Part shown: in pieces, positions 45,731 to 50,435 of the stretch
How positions within the stretch are numbered: position 1 is the stretch's first letter
How the letters are laid out: every line of letters begins with the position of its first letter
Virus record (IMG/VR): IMGVR_UViG_3300031892_000001
Span: 1 to 50,435 of that record
Length of the DNA: 50,435 nucleotides
DNA from: a virus
Lineage: Duplodnaviria > Caudoviricetes
Direction: 5' to 3' (one strand)
Translations under genes and position numbers: made by a program
The notes under the pieces: generated by a model
Databases searched by the model: none
Seen by the model: only the letters and a program-made list of their open reading frames with translations
What the model was told of the DNA's origin: nothing

Positions 45731-46822
45731 CCATCGCACTGTTCGAAGGCGGCCCGCTCGATGGCCAGCGCCGCGACGTCGCGGACCACGTTCAGACCTG
45801 CCTCGTCCCGGAGGCAGTCGTAGAGCCGGGCTGGGAGTGGAGTTGGGAGGTCGGCGGCTTCGTGTGGGTCGGCGACGAATTGGACCCGCCCCTGGTGAAG
45901 ATCCCGGTGGCGTCCTACCGGAATGTGACTTACCGCCGTGATGGCGACGTGTTCCGCATGGAGGACACATGACCGACCCGATGCCGTACACGTGGTCCCC
46001 GGACTACCCGGAGTGGAAGCAACGGCAGACCGAAGCCCGACGGGCGAAGCTCGCCGCCACCCCGATGCCCGACGACCTTGTGCCGGTCGCCCTGGTCCCG
46101 GTTGAGGTGTTCGGCGCCACCTGCGCCTGCCACGACCACCTGGAAGGCACCGACGAGGGCGTGAAGTGCTCGGGGTGGGGCTTCGGGCTCAGCGACGCGG
46201 TGTCCAGCTACTCGGATTGCAACCGCGCCGAGGGCCACATCTACCGGGTGGACGACACCGACCCTGACTACCGGCAGCCGGGCGACACGGTCCGGATCTA
46301 CGTGTCGCGTGCGGACCTGCCGTGGTTTGAGAAGCGGTTCGGTGACCGGCAGCACGAGGAGGGCTCATGACCGACCCGGACGACATCGAACGGCGGCTGG
46401 AAGAGGCGCTCGCGCGGCTGAAGGCGGTCGCGGACGCGGAGCACCACGTGCACCTGGAGCAGCTGTTCGACGCGTCCCAGGACCACTCGTGGCCGCCTGC
46501 CCCGAACACCGCCCACCCGTCGTTCGAGCGGCAGGCACGGTTCGTGCGGGACCTGATCGCGCGGGACGAGTACCAGGTGCTGTTGTCTGCCCCGATGAAG
46601 GCCATGTGGCGGCGGATCAGCGAGCCTGAGCAGCCTGTGCCGGAGATGCCGCCGGACCCGATCGTGCTGGACGTTCAGAGGTGCTTCGCGCTCGCCCCGT
46701 GGACGGAGCGCCCTTACGTCTACATGTGGCGTGTCGCGGTCGAGTCGTCAACGAACCGGTGGGTTGCGGGGGATTCTTGGGTTGAGCATCCACCTGCGGG
46801 TCAGGAGTGGAGGGCACGATGA
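45727..46822 (+). other. Three hypothetical genes: 45727-45972 (GGPLDG), 45969-46370, 46367-46822
   Basis: ATGA-coupled ORFs. Confidence 0.6.
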
Positions 46823-47508
46823 CCGCGGACGCCCGTTTGTTGCGTCAGGCCATAGACGACACCCGCCACGCGTTGGCTGACTTGTGCGACCCGTTGAAGC
46901 GGGCGGTGTGGCGGGAGGACGGCACCCTCACCCGACACCACAACGTGTCCCTGCTGAAGCAGTTGCGGGAGGAGGTGGCGAACTCGTCCAGCCGCGGCGG
47001 CCGCCGCCGCACCTCCAACTCCAGCCCCCTCGGCGTGGACGCACTGGACCTGTGGACCGCGATCCAGGCCGGTGCTCTCCTCCTCGCCCGCGAAACCGGC
47101 GCTGATGTCGCCCCAGGCGACCCGGAGCAAGCGATCCGGGAGTCGGTCGCCGCTGTAGCCGTGTCAACCGACCTGCCTGCCGTGTGGGGTGTCCGCAACA
47201 CGTTGGAGGGGTGGACGAAGGCGATCCGGCTGTTGTTGGACCCGCCCCGCAAGGTCCCGATCTGGGGCAAAGCCTGCCCAGTCGAGGGCTGCGGTGAGGT
47301 GACGGTGTGGCGCCGTGACGAGTCCGACGGCGAAGTGAAACGCACAGCCGCGTTGGAGATCGGCATGGCCGAGGGCAGGTCCGGCACGCTGGAGGCACGT
47401 GAGTGCCGCTGTCTGGCATGCGGCGAGGTGTGGCCCCGCGACCGCCTGTTGGAGTTGGCTGAGGCGATGGGGTTGGCTATCCCCGGCTTGGAGGAGACAG
47501 CGGCATGA
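46819..47508 (+). CDS. Zinc-finger protein, possible late-gene regulator
   Basis: SLL.QLRE...PL..DALDL...ACP...CG...C.ACG..W; end of the early operon. Confidence 0.55.
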   Translation: MTADARLLRQAIDDTRHALADLCDPLKRAVWREDGTLTRHHNVSLLKQLREEVANSSSRGGRRRTSNSSPLGVDALDLWTAIQAGALLLARETGADVAPGDPEQAIRESVAAVAVSTDLPAVWGVRNTLEGWTKAIRLLLDPPRKVPIWGKACPVEGCGEVTVWRRDESDGEVKRTAALEIGMAEGRSGTLEARECRCLACGEVWPRDRLLELAEAMGLAIPGLEETAA

Positions 47509-48154
47509 GGGCGGACTTGCAGCGCGAACTTCGGCGCCGCGCCGAACGCGTCGCGAGTGACGTCGCCCGCCATGTCCCGTTGTCGGGTGAGCGCATGACC
47601 TTCTCCAACTACGAGGCGCAACGCGGCAGGGCGGCGGCGTCACTCGTCGGGGCCGGTGTGTCGGCTGCGGACGCATCCCGCGCCCTGGCGGATGCCTTCG
47701 GAGTCCAGGCGTCCCGCGAGGTGGTGGAGGACGCGCCCGGCCTGTACCGAGTGACAGAGTCCGAGTTCACCACCACGGACCCTGTCTTGGCGCGTGCGGT
47801 CGCCCGCGAGTACGACAGGCTGGATCGCTACCAGTACCCGCCGATCGGAACGGAGAGGACCACAGCGTGACGAACCTGGACCGGAAACCGAAGTACCCCG
47901 AGATCACCACCTGGATCAGGGCAACCTTCCCGGACGTCCCCGAACTGCGGGCGGACGCGTTCGCCCTGTTCTTCGAGGGCATGGCGTGGAAGCACCTGCG
48001 GCCGCTCACGCAGATCGCGGTCAACTCCCGCATTGAGTCGGTGGACAAGCTCGCGGCGATCGTCTCGACAGCGGCGGACCTGTCCGGTAGCCGGTCGTTC
48101 AAGATGGCCGCCCAACGCCATCTGGCCCGACGGCGGGCGTCGCAGGCCAGCTAG
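47505..48154 (+). other. Two hypothetical genes: 47505-47870, 47867-48154
   Basis: Coupled ORFs. Confidence 0.55.
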
Positions 48155-48618
48155 GCGGAGCCCTTGCAGGTAGCGATCGCGTATCCGCCGGTCGCCGAGT
48201 TCTCCGACACCACCGCACCATCCACGGTGATCCGGCACGTCACCGTCCCGTGACCCCGGTTGTTCTGCGCCGACAGGTACACGTAGGCACCCGACGTGAA
48301 CTCCATCTCCAGCCCGCGCCGCCCATCCGACTCCCGCACCATCGGCACGTCAGGGGAGATCTGCGACGTCCCGGTCGGGGTTTCCATCGTCACGTCGGCG
48401 TAGTCGGTGCTGCCCTCCACCTCATACAGCACCGTGACTGTGGTGTCGGCGACCGGCTGCCCGCCGGGGTCGGCGCTGCCGGACGTGTCGTCGCCGCCGG
48501 ACACGACCAGCCCAATCACCACGGCGACCGCGATCAGGGCCACCACAACGATCGGCACAGTCCACTGCCGGAGAGTCGACGGCTTGTCTTCGGAGGGCGC
48601 GTCGGCGGGTGATGTCAT
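48151..48618 (-). CDS. MmpS-like membrane-anchored protein
   Basis: One TM segment, then V.YEVEGS...LSAQ....VTCRITVDG.VV.......ATC. Confidence 0.75.
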   Translation of the reverse strand: MTSPADAPSEDKPSTLRQWTVPIVVVALIAVAVVIGLVVSGGDDTSGSADPGGQPVADTTVTVLYEVEGSTDYADVTMETPTGTSQISPDVPMVRESDGRRGLEMEFTSGAYVYLSAQNNRGHGTVTCRITVDGAVVSENSATGGYAIATCKGSA

Positions 48619-48770
48619 GCTCACACCTGTCGAGTCGCCACACCCACCATGAACGTGACACCCCGCGCGCAAGATCTTTCACGCGGTGACCGACACGCCG
48701 CGTCCGCGACCTGCGTGGACGGGACACCGCACGGCGATCTACGATGACACCACCGTGCACAGTTGTGCCC

Positions 48771-48799
48771 AAGCCCAGGTCGCCTGACCTGGGCTTTCG
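48771..48799 (+). terminator. Hairpin at the start of the late region
   Basis: AAGCCCAGGTC-GCCT-GACCTGGGCTT followed by TCG. Confidence 0.45.
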
Positions 48800-48824
48800 T
48801 CATGTCCAGGGCAGGTGAGCCCTC

Positions 48825-49269
48825 ATGGCCGTACGCATCAACCACGACGCCGAACTCCGAGGTCTGCAGATCGTCATGCGTGACGTGCTGGCCTCCATCG
48901 ACCAAGCCCTCGACCGCGGTGACCGGAGGGCGTTCCGCCTCTGGTGCCGGAAGTGGGCGTCACTGTCCACCCGCGCCGGGAACGTCCTGGCCGACCTCGC
49001 CGACTCGGAGAGCTGATGTGCGCTGAAGCCGACGGCTGCGACTGCGACACCGACGAGCTGGTGCTGGACGTGAACGAACTGTGACGACTGAACTGCGTGT
49101 TGGCCCGGACGGGCAGGTCGCCCAACGAGCCCACGTGACCGGCAGGTACGGCACCACCCACCCGGTGTGGGTGGGTATCACCTGGCCGGATGGCCTGCCC
49201 ACGCTCCATCGCTACACCGACGACGAGGTAGCCGACTGGCGCCCCGTCTCCCTCAATCCCGCTGACTGA
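48825..49269 (+). other. Two small hypothetical genes: 48825-49016, 49081-49269
   Basis: Short ORFs with plausible composition. Confidence 0.5.
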
Positions 49270-49281
49270 CCTGGAGACGTC

Positions 49282-49785
49282 GTGGCCCTCGACACCCGCC
49301 TCAAGCTGTCCCTGTCCTCACTGCTGACCGGGGCCACCGACCTGCAGCCCCGCTCCGCCCCCCTCAACTATGTGGTGTCCAAGGCGCTCACCAACGGCAC
49401 CGGCGCCAACCAGGCTGACCGCGTGTTCTCCGACCAGCGCACCATCGCCGCGTCCGCCACCGACAGCCTCGACCTGTCCGGCACACTCACTGACGCGTTC
49501 GGCGCGGCGGTCACGTTCGCCCGCATCAAGATGGTGCTGGTCACCGCCGCGGCCACAAACGTCAACAACGTGAACGTCACCCGCCCCGCCTCCAACGGTG
49601 TGCCGCTGTTCCTCGCCGCCGGTGACGGTGTCCCGGTCCGGCCGGGCGGCATGTTCTGCTGGGCATGCACCGACGCCACCGGCGTGGCGGTGACGGCGGG
49701 GACGGGTGACCTGGTCGACATCGTCAACTCGGGTGCGGGTTCGTCGGTGGTCTACGACATCGTCGTGATCGGCGCCAGCGCCTGA
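49282..49785 (+). CDS. Beta-rich hypothetical protein, possibly virion-associated
   Basis: 167 aa, strong GC3 bias; GTGANQAD...DLSG.LTDAFG. Confidence 0.65.
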   Translation: MALDTRLKLSLSSLLTGATDLQPRSAPLNYVVSKALTNGTGANQADRVFSDQRTIAASATDSLDLSGTLTDAFGAAVTFARIKMVLVTAAATNVNNVNVTRPASNGVPLFLAAGDGVPVRPGGMFCWACTDATGVAVTAGTGDLVDIVNSGAGSSVVYDIVVIGASA

Positions 49786-49844
49786 TCATTCTTGCCCGCA
49801 TCCCCGGGGAAACACTCGCATCTGCAAATCGAGGGGGAGAGTCA

Positions 49845-50060
49845 GTGAGCCAGACCATCGAGCTGGAATCCATCAAGCGCCTCGACATCAAGCCCGGCGA
49901 GATACTCATGGTGGGACTACCCGAGGGCGCCCGACCCGAGGCAGTCCCACCCATCCGCGCCATGCTCGAAGAGGCAATGCCCGACGGTGTGACCATGATC
50001 TTCGTGTCACACGATGTGAGCCTCGGCGTGGTCAGCCCATGCCCCTCAAGCCCTGCCTGA
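49845..50060 (+). CDS. Hypothetical protein
   Basis: RLDIKPGEILMV; GGGAG RBS. Confidence 0.5.
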   Translation: MSQTIELESIKRLDIKPGEILMVGLPEGARPEAVPPIRAMLEEAMPDGVTMIFVSHDVSLGVVSPCPSSPA

Positions 50061-50365
50061 CCTGCGGCCGCCTCACCCCCACGCCACGCTGCCCCACCCA
50101 CACCCGCACCCACCAGCTCACCGCACAGCGAGCCAAACGCCAACGCCGTCCATACACGTGGACCGAGCAGGCACGCAGGGCCAGGGCAGTGGAGGCATGG
50201 GTCACCGCCCACGGCTGGTGGTGTCCTGGTTGGCGCAGACCAGCACACGAGTCCCACGACCTGACAGCTGATCACGTTCACGCTGTGGCAGCAGGTGGAG
50301 CCGAGGACGGTGCGCTGCAGGTGCTGTGCCGATCATGCAACAGCACCAAACGTGATCTTCAGTGA
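50039..50365 (+). CDS. Packaging-associated HNH endonuclease
   Basis: PCLTCG...C..H; LTADHV...GG...LQVLCRSCNS.K; last gene before the G-rich end. Confidence 0.85.
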   Translation: MPLKPCLTCGRLTPTPRCPTHTRTHQLTAQRAKRQRRPYTWTEQARRARAVEAWVTAHGWWCPGWRRPAHESHDLTADHVHAVAAGGAEDGALQVLCRSCNSTKRDLQ

Positions 50366-50435
50366 TCAACATGAAGATCAACCAGAGGGTAGGGGGGCAC
50401 CCCAAACACGCAGGTCAGAGCCCTAAGGCCCTGAC

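Overview
The window holds most of a temperate, siphovirus-like actinobacteriophage genome of high GC content. The host is probably a filamentous actinomycete. It runs from just after the head genes to the HNH/cos end; terminase, portal and major capsid are not in the window. Gene order: head-tail joining and tail module with a -1 frameshifted tail chaperone and tape measure (0.7-10.7 kb); a PIG-L deacetylase and the lysis cassette (10.7-13.4 kb); an accessory regulatory island (13.6-17.6 kb); a leftward operon of small genes; an intact attP (3' half of a tRNA flanked by arm-type repeats), so this is the non-integrated form; tyrosine integrase and a repressor/Cro switch with four 17-bp operators; a long early operon (Xis, antirepressor, RusA, Rad52-like annealase, SLOG, C5 methyltransferase, HNH, two WhiB, replication initiator, MazG-like, HslV-like); and a late region ending in HNH. 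The main novelty candidates are three. (1) The island encodes a full-length BldD-like protein lacking the c-di-GMP-binding motifs, next to a WhiJ-like XRE/DUF397 (BldB-like) pair and a string of Cys-rich micropeptides, which suggests phage control of host development. (2) A catalytically intact, transposase-free IS607-type TnpB sits in a ribbon-helix-helix-controlled phage cassette. (3) An overprinted +1-frame ORF lies inside the methyltransferase. All family calls come from motifs recognised by eye; no database searches were run.
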